Shown one piece after another: positions 44,416 to 53,752 of a stretch of DNA of 64,000 nucleotides. Source of the DNA: Fimbriimonadia bacterium (GTDB taxonomy: Bacteria; Armatimonadota; Fimbriimonadia; Fimbriimonadales; JABRVX01); contig JBGPGO010000003.1 of assembly GCA_041483895.1 (NCBI GenBank), positions 202,792 to 266,791 on the forward strand. Direction: 5' to 3'. Below the pieces are notes generated by a model, which was not told the DNA's origin, ran no database searches, and saw only the letters and a program-made list of their open reading frames with translations. The position numbers and the translations under genes are program-made. Position 1 is the stretch's first letter. Each line of letters begins with the position of its first letter.

Positions 44416-45271
44416 GGCAGTCCCGCAACACGATTCCAAACGTTCTGGGCTTGAATGGCAATCGCAGAATCGCACCCATTGTGTTTAAGATTCGGCATAA
44501 AAAGCTGTACAATCCTCCCTTGTGGATGCGAAAGTACAACTCTTTCCCGCAATTGTAAAGCGACACCATATCCGCCCGCCTTACCGCTCCGCTGGCACCG
44601 AGCGCGTGGCGAAACACGGCGTCATGCACGTACCAAATCTCCCCGGAGCGAGAGAGCCGGTGGCACAGCTCCGTGTCCTCGCAATAGAGAAAGAACTGCC
44701 CATCGAAGAGCTGGAAATGGCCGTCCGGTTCCCGCCGGAGCAGGAGGCAGGCCCCCATCACCTGCCGGACCCGCCTCGTCGATGCGTGGTCCCACCAGGT
44801 CATAAAGTAGGACCCGAACAGGCGCGACCAGGGGAACAGCTTGGACAGCCCGCTCTGTTCCAAGAAGACTGCCCACAAGGTGAGGCGACCCGCGCAAGAC
44901 GGTTGCAGCGAACCGTCCGGATTTACCAGCTTGCCACCGCATGCGACCGCAGAGGGATGGGCATCCATGAACTCGACCAGCCTCTCGACCGCTCCCGCCT
45001 CCACTTCGATGTCGGCGTTGAGAACCAGCGCGTACTCTGTCTCGCATTCCGCCAGCGCGATGTTGGCCCCGCGTCCAAATCCGCGATTGACGTAGGATTG
45101 GATCAAGGCGACGCCGGGAAACTCATGCCGCACCATCTCTCCGGAGTGGTCCCAGGATGCGTTGTCCACCACCGCCGTCTTCACCCCCGGAGGCAGGCTG
45201 GCAAGACACCGCCGCAACGCGTCCCGGGTGTTGTAGCTGACGATGATAACGGAGACGCTTTCGGGGCTCAC
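44375..45271 (-). CDS. GT2 glycosyltransferase (WbbL-like)
   Basis: VIIVSYN, VDNAS, LNAD, FFLYCEDTELC; GTG start overlapping the upstream TGA. Confidence 0.9.
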   Translation of the reverse strand: MSPESVSVIIVSYNTRDALRRCLASLPPGVKTAVVDNASWDHSGEMVRHEFPGVALIQSYVNRGFGRGANIALAECETEYALVLNADIEVEAGAVERLVEFMDAHPSAVACGGKLVNPDGSLQPSCAGRLTLWAVFLEQSGLSKLFPWSRLFGSYFMTWWDHASTRRVRQVMGACLLLRREPDGHFQLFDGQFFLYCEDTELCHRLSRSGEIWYVHDAVFRHALGASGAVRRADMVSLYNCGKELYFRIHKGGLYSFLCRILNTMGAILRLPFKPRTFGIVLRDCLKLPIGYQPESGP

Positions 45272-47436
45272 GTCGGCAATTTCGGATGGACGGCATTCGT
45301 ATCTTCCGTCCATTGCGAGGCATCGTCGTGACGCTTCAGATCGAGGTACACATTGAAAACACTTTCGACGGTTTTTTTGAACATATCCGACACGTGTCTC
45401 TGCCACGGCTCCAACGTGTCGTCGCGCCGGATCGCCAGACTCGCCTTCACCGAGCTCAAATACATATCCCGGTTCTTGGCTGCTTGTTCATCCGTTATGC
45501 CACTGTACTGCCCCCGCCGCAGATAGATCGGATAGGTGGTGCGCATATAGCTGTCCAAATCCTCGAACGCCTCTTGTAGCCTCCGATCGCGATCATCTCC
45601 CTCCTTCGCCAAGATAAGATTCGCCTCAGAGTAGATCGTTTCCACCATCTCGGGCACCGCGCGGGTAGTGGCATACGTTGTCTCCCGTTGTGCTGCGACC
45701 TTCCGAGCAAGCGCAACCATTTGCTCGTTTCGCCCAGCTGTCCGGTACAAATCGAGCAGCTCCATCTCGGCGGTGGGTGAATAGGGGTCCTTTTCGAGAG
45801 CTGCGCGAAACGATCGCTCCGCATCTTCCGGTTCGCGCATGGCCAGATACAGCCGGCCCGCCCCGACATATGCGTCCGCGGAAGGCTCCGCCGCGACAGC
45901 AGCCTTTACCTGTTCTTTCGCCTTCTTGGAATCCCTGGCCCAATTCAAAAGTCCGCCGTATGCCAGCAGATACCGCCGATCCGACGGCTGCCAATACACT
46001 GCGTTCGCAAACCCCTCTTCCGCCGCAGACAGTTCGCGCCGCACGACCGCAGCTTGGGCAGACGACGCATAGTTCGCCCCAATCGCCATCCGTCCCACAA
46101 GCGTGAGCGCGAAAATCGCGATCGCCGACCCCATTAGGCCCAGCGCCGGCTCCGGCACCCGCACGGGCATCGTCCCATCAACCGCCAACGCCAATGCCAA
46201 TCCCATCAGCCCCCACATAGTGAGGTTGTTGGCGAACAGATAGGCCTGGCTGTCGATCATGTTGTGGACCAACGCCGCCAGGACGCCTGCGACAGCCGCC
46301 GACCGGATGAGCGGCGCGCGCAAACCCAAAAGCTCTTCCCCCGGCACCTCGCCGCTTGCCTCTCTGGGAAAGGTTCGGCGTCCCCACGCAAGGAACAGCG
46401 CGAACAGCACAACGACGGAGGCCACGCCGGATTCGGTCGCCAACTGAATGAACGTGTTGTGTGCGAGCCGCGTAAATCCGACGGTTGCAAATTCGGTGCG
46501 CGCCCACGGGTAGCTTCCGAGGCCGAACCCCGCCATCGGTTTTGCCTGGATCATCGCTTTCGCATCCTGCCACAGATGCAATCGGAATGATCCGGAATGA
46601 GCCTCTTGCGACGAGCCGGGCGCCAGCCGCCCCCCGCCCCCTTGCGATGAGACGAGACCAAACGTACCGATTGCGATGAGAGTCGACACGGCGACCGCAA
46701 TCGCCACGCGCCGATCCAGCGACCGATTCCACGCACTGAGCGCCAAAAACGAACCAATGCCGACTCCGGCGGCGATCAGGCCGCCCCGAGAACCGGTAAG
46801 CACCAACGCCGGCAATGGCAGGAAAGCAAGCAGACGCAAAATGGGGGACAGGCTGCCACGAACGTGCGCCAAGAATGCGATGCAGAGCGGCGTCGCCATC
46901 GCAAGGTAGCAGGCAAGAAAATCCGGGTTGAAGAAGGTCCCGAACACCCGCCAGTTCGGATCGCCCCGAAACGATTCGGCGTACTCACGAATCGCGACCG
47001 CCGCCTCCAGGCATCCCGCCAGCGCGATGATCCCGGCGAACGCCAGCGCATACCGGCCCCGCCCCAACGTGCTCGCCGCCAAGACGAATGCGGAAAGCGA
47101 GACCGTCCAGATGCCGAGCTCCCGCCATCCGGCCGCGCGAAAATCCGACGAAACGATTGAGAGCAAGAGCCAAACCCAAAAGAGGCAGAGAAACGAGAGA
47201 ATCCATCCCTGGGGAAACCGGGCAACCGGCGACTTCCACGCCGTCACAACCAACGGCGTCATCACGAGCAGCCCAATGATGAGATACCCAATCTCCGGCA
47301 CTCCGGATCCGCCCGGAAGAAAGTTTATCTTCTGCAAATCTTCGGACGCAATGATGGAGAAACCGAACTGTCCTGCCAAAAACGGCGCGAGGAACAGCGC
47401 TGCCGTGAACAGCCACCATTCCCATCGCAGCCTCAC
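45268..47436 (-). CDS. O-antigen ligase/Wzy-family membrane protein with C-terminal TPR region
   Basis: RVFGTFFNPD, LTGSRGG, RLHLW...P..GFGLGSY, AHNTFIQ; start reassigned to GTG 47436. Confidence 0.87.
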   Translation of the reverse strand: MRLRWEWWLFTAALFLAPFLAGQFGFSIIASEDLQKINFLPGGSGVPEIGYLIIGLLVMTPLVVTAWKSPVARFPQGWILSFLCLFWVWLLLSIVSSDFRAAGWRELGIWTVSLSAFVLAASTLGRGRYALAFAGIIALAGCLEAAVAIREYAESFRGDPNWRVFGTFFNPDFLACYLAMATPLCIAFLAHVRGSLSPILRLLAFLPLPALVLTGSRGGLIAAGVGIGSFLALSAWNRSLDRRVAIAVAVSTLIAIGTFGLVSSQGGGGRLAPGSSQEAHSGSFRLHLWQDAKAMIQAKPMAGFGLGSYPWARTEFATVGFTRLAHNTFIQLATESGVASVVVLFALFLAWGRRTFPREASGEVPGEELLGLRAPLIRSAAVAGVLAALVHNMIDSQAYLFANNLTMWGLMGLALALAVDGTMPVRVPEPALGLMGSAIAIFALTLVGRMAIGANYASSAQAAVVRRELSAAEEGFANAVYWQPSDRRYLLAYGGLLNWARDSKKAKEQVKAAVAAEPSADAYVGAGRLYLAMREPEDAERSFRAALEKDPYSPTAEMELLDLYRTAGRNEQMVALARKVAAQRETTYATTRAVPEMVETIYSEANLILAKEGDDRDRRLQEAFEDLDSYMRTTYPIYLRRGQYSGITDEQAAKNRDMYLSSVKASLAIRRDDTLEPWQRHVSDMFKKTVESVFNVYLDLKRHDDASQWTEDTNAVHPKLPT

Positions 47437-48320
47437 CGCGCCAGCCACCGCTTCAGCGCGTCCCATTGGTTTTTCAGAATGAACAGAGTTCCTCGCAGCC
47501 ACAGTCCAAAGGGTACCAGTGGTCGCAAGAGCAAAGGCACTTTTTGAATCGTGTGCTTTTTGTAGAACAGCCACATGCTGTGATGGAACATTCGAATGGC
47601 CTTGTTCGCGATCAGGTCCGTGCTGCGCCCGATGATGTGCGTTATCACCGCCGACGGCACATACCAGACCTCCCATCCCGCTTGATGCGCCCGCAGCGCC
47701 CAGTCCACTTCTTCGCAATACATAAAGAATTGCTCATCGAAACCACCCAATTGTTCCAAAAGGGATCGGCGCACCATCATTGCCGATCCGGAAACCCAGT
47801 CCACCTGCCGAGGCTCATTGTGCAGCCAACTCTTCATCAAGTAGTCGGAGGCAAATCTGTTGTTGGGGAAGAGACGCCCGAGCATGGTGTTGCGAAAGAG
47901 CGCTGCTTCGATGGTCGGAAAGCGGCGACAGGAATACTGCAACGACCCGTCGGGGTTTAGTATTTTCGGGCCGAATATGCCACCCTTTTCATGCGAATCG
48001 GCAAACGCGACCAGTTCATCGAGGGCATGCGGATGGACGGTCGCATCAGGATTCAGCATCAGCAAGTATCGGCCAGTCGCCCGTTCCATGGCCCGGTTAT
48101 GCCCAGCGCCAAAGCCCAAATTCTCATTCGAAGCACACAGCTCAACGGAAGGAAATTCTTGAGCAACCATATCGGGAGTGCCGTCCGACGATGCGTTGTC
48201 CCACACTATGACCTCGTGCGAAACGGAGTCCGGGAGCGCGCAAATCGCGCGGAGACAGTCGCGAAGGCAGTCGCGTGAATTCCAACTAACGATTGTGATC
48301 GACAGGTCCAAACCCGGCAT
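47433..48320 (-). CDS. GT2 glycosyltransferase (WbbL-like)
   Basis: IVSWN, DNASSDG, LNPD, SCRRFP, DWVSGS, FDEQFFMYCEEVDW. Confidence 0.92.
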   Translation of the reverse strand: MPGLDLSITIVSWNSRDCLRDCLRAICALPDSVSHEVIVWDNASSDGTPDMVAQEFPSVELCASNENLGFGAGHNRAMERATGRYLLMLNPDATVHPHALDELVAFADSHEKGGIFGPKILNPDGSLQYSCRRFPTIEAALFRNTMLGRLFPNNRFASDYLMKSWLHNEPRQVDWVSGSAMMVRRSLLEQLGGFDEQFFMYCEEVDWALRAHQAGWEVWYVPSAVITHIIGRSTDLIANKAIRMFHHSMWLFYKKHTIQKVPLLLRPLVPFGLWLRGTLFILKNQWDALKRWLAR

Positions 48321-49128
48321 GCCATCCTTTGGCTCTCACCCACGCCCCGGTCCAAATCAGGCCCGTCAGCAGCCAGGTGAGCGGTGGGAACGTTCGCGCC
48401 TTCACGTGCTTGTCATAGTACCTGAGCAGGCTCCGGTGCGACTCCCAGATCATGGCTTTGCGAACCTGCCGCGTGCTCGCCCCGCCGTGGTGCAGAACCT
48501 TGGCCGCTGGATCAAACCATATCTTCCACCCCGCCTTCTTGGCTCGATAGCACCAGTCCACATCGTTGAAAAAGATGGGAAACGGTTCATCAAGTGGGCC
48601 GACCTGGTCCCATGCTTCGCGCCTCACCAGCCAACAGGTCGCCATCGGCTGGTCCACTTCTCGTGCCGTTTTGTGGTCGAAATCGGACATTCGATATTTG
48701 CCGCCGAAGCCGAGCATGGCTTTGAGCAGCGGCCACGGCTCCGGGAACCTGCGGCAAGACATCTGCACCGAACCGTCCGGGGATACAAGCTGGGGCGCGA
48801 CCAAGGCGATCTTTGGGTCCTCCGACAATCGCTTGACGAGCGGCGCGAAGCTGTCCGTGCGCAATTCCGTGTCGGGATTGAGGAAAAGCAACAGGTCGCC
48901 GGTCGCCTCCGCCGCAAGCTGATTGTTGGCCGCGGCATAGCCCCGATTGGCTTCGCTTGCGAACAGGCGCACTGCGGGAAACTCCGTTCTCACCATTTCC
49001 GCCGAACCATCTGCGGACGCGTTGTCGGCGACGAGAACCTCCTGCGGTTCTCGCACCAAGGCGATCGATGCCAGGCACGCCCGGAGTAGTTCCCGCGTGT
49101 TCCAGTTGACGATGAGGACGGAGATCAT
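48286..49128 (-). CDS. GT2 glycosyltransferase (WbbL-like)
   Basis: IVNWN, DNASADG, LNPD, SCRRFP, FFNDVDWC. Confidence 0.92.
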   Translation of the reverse strand: MISVLIVNWNTRELLRACLASIALVREPQEVLVADNASADGSAEMVRTEFPAVRLFASEANRGYAAANNQLAAEATGDLLLFLNPDTELRTDSFAPLVKRLSEDPKIALVAPQLVSPDGSVQMSCRRFPEPWPLLKAMLGFGGKYRMSDFDHKTAREVDQPMATCWLVRREAWDQVGPLDEPFPIFFNDVDWCYRAKKAGWKIWFDPAAKVLHHGGASTRQVRKAMIWESHRSLLRYYDKHVKARTFPPLTWLLTGLIWTGAWVRAKGWHAGFGPVDHNR

Positions 49129-49161
49129 TCGCCAGATTGTATCCGCAACGCTGCCTCTCAC

Positions 49162-49214
49162 GTAACGCCGGCAGCCAGCAGGCATTGAATGTGCCGGCTG
49201 GAAGCAAGCGTTAC
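49162..49214. repeat. GTAA-type REP-like inverted pair
   Basis: GTAACGCCGGCAGCCAGCAGGCA ... TGCCGGCTGGAAGCAAGCGTTAC. Confidence 0.7.
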
Positions 49215-49855
49215 AAAAGTTCTGTCAACTCGGCCACAACCAGGTCCGGCGGGCAGGTCGCGAAGTGGAACTCGTCCCGGCCCGGTGGCAGTACGCCGAT
49301 TGTGGATGCGTTTATGTTCCGGCCACCGCGCACATCCATCGGATGGTCGCCGATCACGCACACCCCTTGTCGGGGCCGGTCCAATTGGGAGGTAATGCTC
49401 CAGTAGTGTTCCGGGTCCGGCTTCACGCGGCCGACGTGCTCCCGCGCGACCACGCAGTCCACGGCGATCCGCGCTCCCACCAGCATCTTCGTCGCCAGCG
49501 CGCCGCTGTTTCGGGTCGCGACCCCGACCGCGATGTTCATGGATCGCAGTGCGTCCACCAGGTCCTTGGCGCCTTCGCGGGCCACGACTTCCAAACAGTA
49601 TTCTCGCTCGATCGCCTCGAATTCGGCAAAAGCCCGGTCGCGAAACTCTTGCTCGCGCCGCTCGGGCAGCCAGCCGCACACCGCGTAGACCACTCTCATC
49701 GCATCCTGGCCATCGAGCGTTTCGATCGGGAAGCCCGCTGCGCTTGCCAGCTTCATCGCCGCCGCACGGAGTCGTGAGAAGTCAATCGCGCTGTGGACCA
49801 GCGTGCCATCGAGATCGAAAATGACCGTTTCGGCGGTAGAAAGCAGGGTGTGCAC
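49211..49855 (-). CDS. HAD-superfamily hydrolase
   Basis: IFDLDGTL, ATRN, KPDP, IGDHPMD; start reassigned to GTG 49855. Confidence 0.88.
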   Translation of the reverse strand: MHTLLSTAETVIFDLDGTLVHSAIDFSRLRAAAMKLASAAGFPIETLDGQDAMRVVYAVCGWLPERREQEFRDRAFAEFEAIEREYCLEVVAREGAKDLVDALRSMNIAVGVATRNSGALATKMLVGARIAVDCVVAREHVGRVKPDPEHYWSITSQLDRPRQGVCVIGDHPMDVRGGRNINASTIGVLPPGRDEFHFATCPPDLVVAELTELL

Positions 49856-49980
49856 TGCCAAAGGATACCAGCCCATCGCCCTGAACGAAGAACCCCGTAG
49901 CATTATCATCTTCCATGGCACACCGCCTGCTTCAACATGAACCAAGAGATTTCACAACGACACTTCCCGTGGCGTACGCG

Positions 49981-50010
49981 AAGAGCCGGCTCGTACGAAC
50001 GGGCCGGCTT
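49981..50010. terminator. Probable terminator hairpin after the protease gene
   Basis: AGCCGGCTCGT-ACGA-ACGGGCCGGCT. Confidence 0.55.
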
Positions 50011-50023
50011 TGGCAGTCCCGAT

Positions 50024-52441
50024 CTAGTTGTCGCCGACCTGCGCAAAATTCGTGAACACGACATTGAGATCGGGCAGGGACACTTGACCATCGCAATCCA
50101 CATCCCCATCACCGCTCAAGGTGAAGTTGGTAAGGACCGCATTCAGGTCCGTCAGGTCAATCTGATTGCTATCATCCGTATCGCCGTTGACCAGAGAGAA
50201 ATCCGCGACCGTCGGTCCACTCACTGTTTGAGAACCGCGAACCTGGCGCAACCAGGTGGATCCTTTCGCCGCGATATCGTAGGTGCCTGTCAGGGCCGAT
50301 GCGATGCTGTAGTTGCCGGAATCGTCCAGCGCTACCGGATAGGATGCGACCACAGTTGTCGTTCCCGGATCGCGGAACTCAATCGTAACGGCTTTTCCCA
50401 CAGGCGAGACAGCGAGATTCTGCAGGTCGATGTTCCCCGAAAGGCTGGTCGGCTCTGGGCAGACAAAGGACACGACGTCGACCGCGTCCACCCCGGCCTC
50501 CACAACGGAGCCGTTCAGGAGGTCGCCGGCGTCGAATCGAAGTCTCATCAGGGAGGTCGGCGCAACGAAGTCGCTGACGACAAAGTCATGAGTAAACCAG
50601 CCGCCGCTCACCTGCGAACCCGTCGGCCCCACCGTTTCCACCGTCGTCCAATTTGCGCCGTCATCATTCGAAATGGAAACTATGAACGTGTCTTCGAAGG
50701 GATTGTTGCCGGTTGAGTTGGAATACCATCGCGAATAGCTGATCATCCCATCGGATCCCGCAAGGCTGAATGGTGGGGAGATGAGGTACGTCGTGCCGCC
50801 ATCCACGTCGGTATCTCCCGCGCCGTTCTGTGTGAGGTAGCAGGGGCCGGAACCGTCGTAATCCGTCGGTGGATCGCCGCGCGCGCCGCCGCCGGTCGGC
50901 GCCCCGCGCTCCCATGCTCCGGAAGTCAGTCCGCTGTCGTTCTGAACCGTCCAGCCCATGTCAGTTTGAAAGTTGTCCGCCAAGACCGTAATCGGCAATG
51001 AGGCGCCGTATCCGGTGTACGTGGTCGTGGGGGCTCCTGTAGGACTGTAGCGAGTGTCGCCGACCGTGGATTGGGCGCTGAAGTAATATCGATTCTTGGT
51101 CTTACAAGGCACGGCAGGGAAGACGGCGTCGTAGACGTTGGCGGATACCACATTCATCTTCGCCGAAGAAAATCCGCTGCCCGTATCGTAATACATCTTT
51201 CCCGAATCCGCCAGCGGAGTCAGACCGTTTTGACCGGAGATAATGACTCTGACCGTAGTCGTGGAATTCTGATCGAATACGAACGGAAGTCCATTGGGAA
51301 AGCCGAACGCAAGGCCGGCCGCACAGACGCCTGTCGGATTCGCCAGCGCGGTTTGCAACCCGGCATTATTGACCCCCGTGCCCCAATTGTTTCCGCTGAA
51401 AGTGCTGCAACCGCTATGCGTATGGATTCCGATGGCCTCGCTCGTATCTTCATCGATCACGGGAGATCCGGAGTTGCCGCCGGTGGTGTCAACCTCGTAA
51501 CCCAGTGTTGAACCGCTGAAGATGACATAGGGTCCCACGCCGGTCTTCTGCACCTGGTTCCATGTCGGAGTTACCGGCGATGTCGTTGTCCCGTATCCGG
51601 TCACGCGCAGCGTTTGACCTGCGACCGCAGGCGGCGTGGAGGCGAGGTTGAAAAATGCGCCTTGTGCCTGATAGGGCGTCAATCCGGTTGTACTATTCGC
51701 ATAACATCCATAGTAGCAATAGTCGTTCCCGACCCCGCCGTCGGTGAACTGAATGGAGCTAGCATCGACGGTATACTGATCGCTCGGTGGCGGATGCACG
51801 ATGCTGCCGTTTCCGGTTGATAGCGGCACGTTGAATTCAGCCACGGTCATGGTTCCTGGGGAGGCACAATGGCCGGCGGAAAGCATGCAATGGTTAATAT
51901 CGTTGATCATATATCCGGTGCAGCCGACCGGCACCAGTCGGCAGGCCCGCGAATCGCTGGAAAGGACTCGATCATCGAAGGAGCCGCAAATGGAAGCGAT
52001 ACCTACCTCGTCATCCCATGGCGCGCCGGCGGTTGCCTGGTCAATGATGATTCGGTTGGGTTGACCGTTCGGGGCCGCGAGAAGCTCGAGAAGAACGGCG
52101 GGACCGTTGAAGTAGGCGCTGGTATTGCCCCACTCCCGCATGCTCTTGGCGTCGAGCAGTTGGACCGCGCCGTCTTCCAACGACGTAATCCGCAATGTTG
52201 AGCTGCCGATGATGAGCGGATGATCGCCGAGAATGGCCACGCGAAATTTTAGGCGGACCCAAACCGCGTCGGGCAGATAGATCGTCTTGGACCAGACGGT
52301 CTTTGATTCGGAACCGTTGTTAAAGAGGAGATCCGAGTCGGCGCTGACCGCTACGTCCCAACTGGGAATCGAATGGGTCTGGCATAGACCCGCGACAGCA
52401 AACACGACCGAGCAAATGACAAGCCAAAAGCGCGTCCTCAC
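50024..52441 (-). CDS. Secreted trypsin-like (S1) serine protease with accessory beta domains and C-terminal Ig + dockerin-like module
   Basis: Signal peptide; SICG pro-junction; SAGHC, ND, GGNSGSP triad; GDTDDSNQIDLTD and GDVDCDGQVSLPD. Confidence 0.88.
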   Translation of the reverse strand: MRTRFWLVICSVVFAVAGLCQTHSIPSWDVAVSADSDLLFNNGSESKTVWSKTIYLPDAVWVRLKFRVAILGDHPLIIGSSTLRITSLEDGAVQLLDAKSMREWGNTSAYFNGPAVLLELLAAPNGQPNRIIIDQATAGAPWDDEVGIASICGSFDDRVLSSDSRACRLVPVGCTGYMINDINHCMLSAGHCASPGTMTVAEFNVPLSTGNGSIVHPPPSDQYTVDASSIQFTDGGVGNDYCYYGCYANSTTGLTPYQAQGAFFNLASTPPAVAGQTLRVTGYGTTTSPVTPTWNQVQKTGVGPYVIFSGSTLGYEVDTTGGNSGSPVIDEDTSEAIGIHTHSGCSTFSGNNWGTGVNNAGLQTALANPTGVCAAGLAFGFPNGLPFVFDQNSTTTVRVIISGQNGLTPLADSGKMYYDTGSGFSSAKMNVVSANVYDAVFPAVPCKTKNRYYFSAQSTVGDTRYSPTGAPTTTYTGYGASLPITVLADNFQTDMGWTVQNDSGLTSGAWERGAPTGGGARGDPPTDYDGSGPCYLTQNGAGDTDVDGGTTYLISPPFSLAGSDGMISYSRWYSNSTGNNPFEDTFIVSISNDDGANWTTVETVGPTGSQVSGGWFTHDFVVSDFVAPTSLMRLRFDAGDLLNGSVVEAGVDAVDVVSFVCPEPTSLSGNIDLQNLAVSPVGKAVTIEFRDPGTTTVVASYPVALDDSGNYSIASALTGTYDIAAKGSTWLRQVRGSQTVSGPTVADFSLVNGDTDDSNQIDLTDLNAVLTNFTLSGDGDVDCDGQVSLPDLNVVFTNFAQVGDN

Positions 52442-52508
52442 ACCCTCTCCTTCAAGCAAGACCTGGTTGGTACAGTGTATCACAGGTTTCCTCGCATGGA
52501 ATACAAGC

Positions 52509-52543
52509 AAAAACCCCGCGGGACGAAACTGTCCCACGGGGTT
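52509..52543 (-). terminator. Intrinsic terminator
   Basis: AACCCCGTGGGAC-loop-GTCCCGCGGGGTT followed by a T-run on the minus strand. Confidence 0.8.
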
Positions 52544-52564
52544 GAATCGCGTGCGTATTCAGCC

Positions 52565-53116
52565 CTAATTGACGGCTACAACTCCAACAGCTTCGGAAAG
52601 CGTTTCGAGTCCGGCCTTGTCGGCCTTCAGGTTCACGAAATTGGCGGTCACTTTCTTGTCTTTGTACACGATGACGGTGTTCTTCGCGTCTTCGTTAAAC
52701 TTATAGCGAGAAACCGCGCCGTCGCTCTTGTTCAGGTACGCGATGTGTACGTTGTCGTTTTCCGTTTTCTGTGTGGCAATGGCGGCAACCGGAGCCTTGC
52801 CGTCGGTAAGAACAATCACGAAGGCCTTGAATTCCGCCTTGTTGTACTTGGTCACGGCAGAACTGAGCCACTTGGTAATCTCTGCTACGTTCTTTGGGTC
52901 ATCCCCATTGACCCAGACCTGAACGGCCGGTCGGTCGCCATAGGTACAGGGCGGGCAGGAATCCGTACCCTTGAGCGGGCCGGAGACGTGCTTGGGGTGG
53001 AACGGGGTGACCATCTCGCCGATGGCCAGGCCGGATTTCAGGGAACCGGCGAATACGGGGATCGCGATGGCTGCAGCGGTCGCGAACAGGGCAGCGCCCC
53101 AAATAGACTTACTCAT
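52565..53116 (-). CDS. Secreted protein, possibly thioredoxin-like fold
   Basis: Signal peptide; CPPC motif followed by alternating beta/alpha segments; GAGG SD. Confidence 0.6.
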   Translation of the reverse strand: MSKSIWGAALFATAAAIAIPVFAGSLKSGLAIGEMVTPFHPKHVSGPLKGTDSCPPCTYGDRPAVQVWVNGDDPKNVAEITKWLSSAVTKYNKAEFKAFVIVLTDGKAPVAAIATQKTENDNVHIAYLNKSDGAVSRYKFNEDAKNTVIVYKDKKVTANFVNLKADKAGLETLSEAVGVVAVN

Positions 53117-53212
53117 GCAACGAGGCCTCCATTCAAAGTTACAGCATTATACGTCCGATTCGCACCAAATGTTTCGTTATTGTGCGATGAATTGGACGCA
53201 CTGAGGCGACTT

Positions 53213-53752
53213 TCACCTTTCGTCATCATGGGAGCGGAAGCCAAATTGTCGCTCCGGCTCCTCGGGAGACCGGATTAATTCGTTTAGGGCGGCAATAATG
53301 GCACTCAGTTGTTCGTCATGGGAAACGCCTAGTGCTTCCAGTTGTTCCACACGGGAGAGAAGGTCCGCGTACCCGATCACGGCCCGCCGAAGGTGGATAA
53401 AGGCGCGCACCACAATAATGCTGGCTTCTATTGCCCGATCGCTACTGAGCACGCTTGCGAGCATTGCCGCTCCGTGCTCCGTGAACGCGTAAGGCGGGTA
53501 TCGGGCGCCACCTCGATCCTTTGAGGTCGCAAAATGCGATCTCAAAGCAGCCCATTCTTCCTGAGTTAACTGAAACATGAAATCTGGAGGAAACCGCTTC
53601 GGATTCCGCTTTACGGCTTCATTCAGCCGGCGGGTTGCGACATCGTACAACCTTGCAAGGTCGTGGCTGAGCATGACCCGCTGGCCACGTATCGTATAGA
53701 TTAGGGTTTCAACCTGGGTGGCGACGGCGAGCGACGGGTCCGGATGACTCAC
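53213..53752 (-). CDS. ORF6N-domain DNA-binding protein
   Basis: IRGQRVML..DLARLY.V.TRRLNEAVKRN..RFPPDFMFQLT, PYAFTEHGAAMLASVL; GTGA overlap. Confidence 0.9.
   Translation of the reverse strand: MSHPDPSLAVATQVETLIYTIRGQRVMLSHDLARLYDVATRRLNEAVKRNPKRFPPDFMFQLTQEEWAALRSHFATSKDRGGARYPPYAFTEHGAAMLASVLSSDRAIEASIIVVRAFIHLRRAVIGYADLLSRVEQLEALGVSHDEQLSAIIAALNELIRSPEEPERQFGFRSHDDER

Noticed and set aside
53213..53752. Prophage around the ORF6N gene
   Set aside because: No integrase, structural or replication genes nearby; the flanks are housekeeping or secreted-protein genes.
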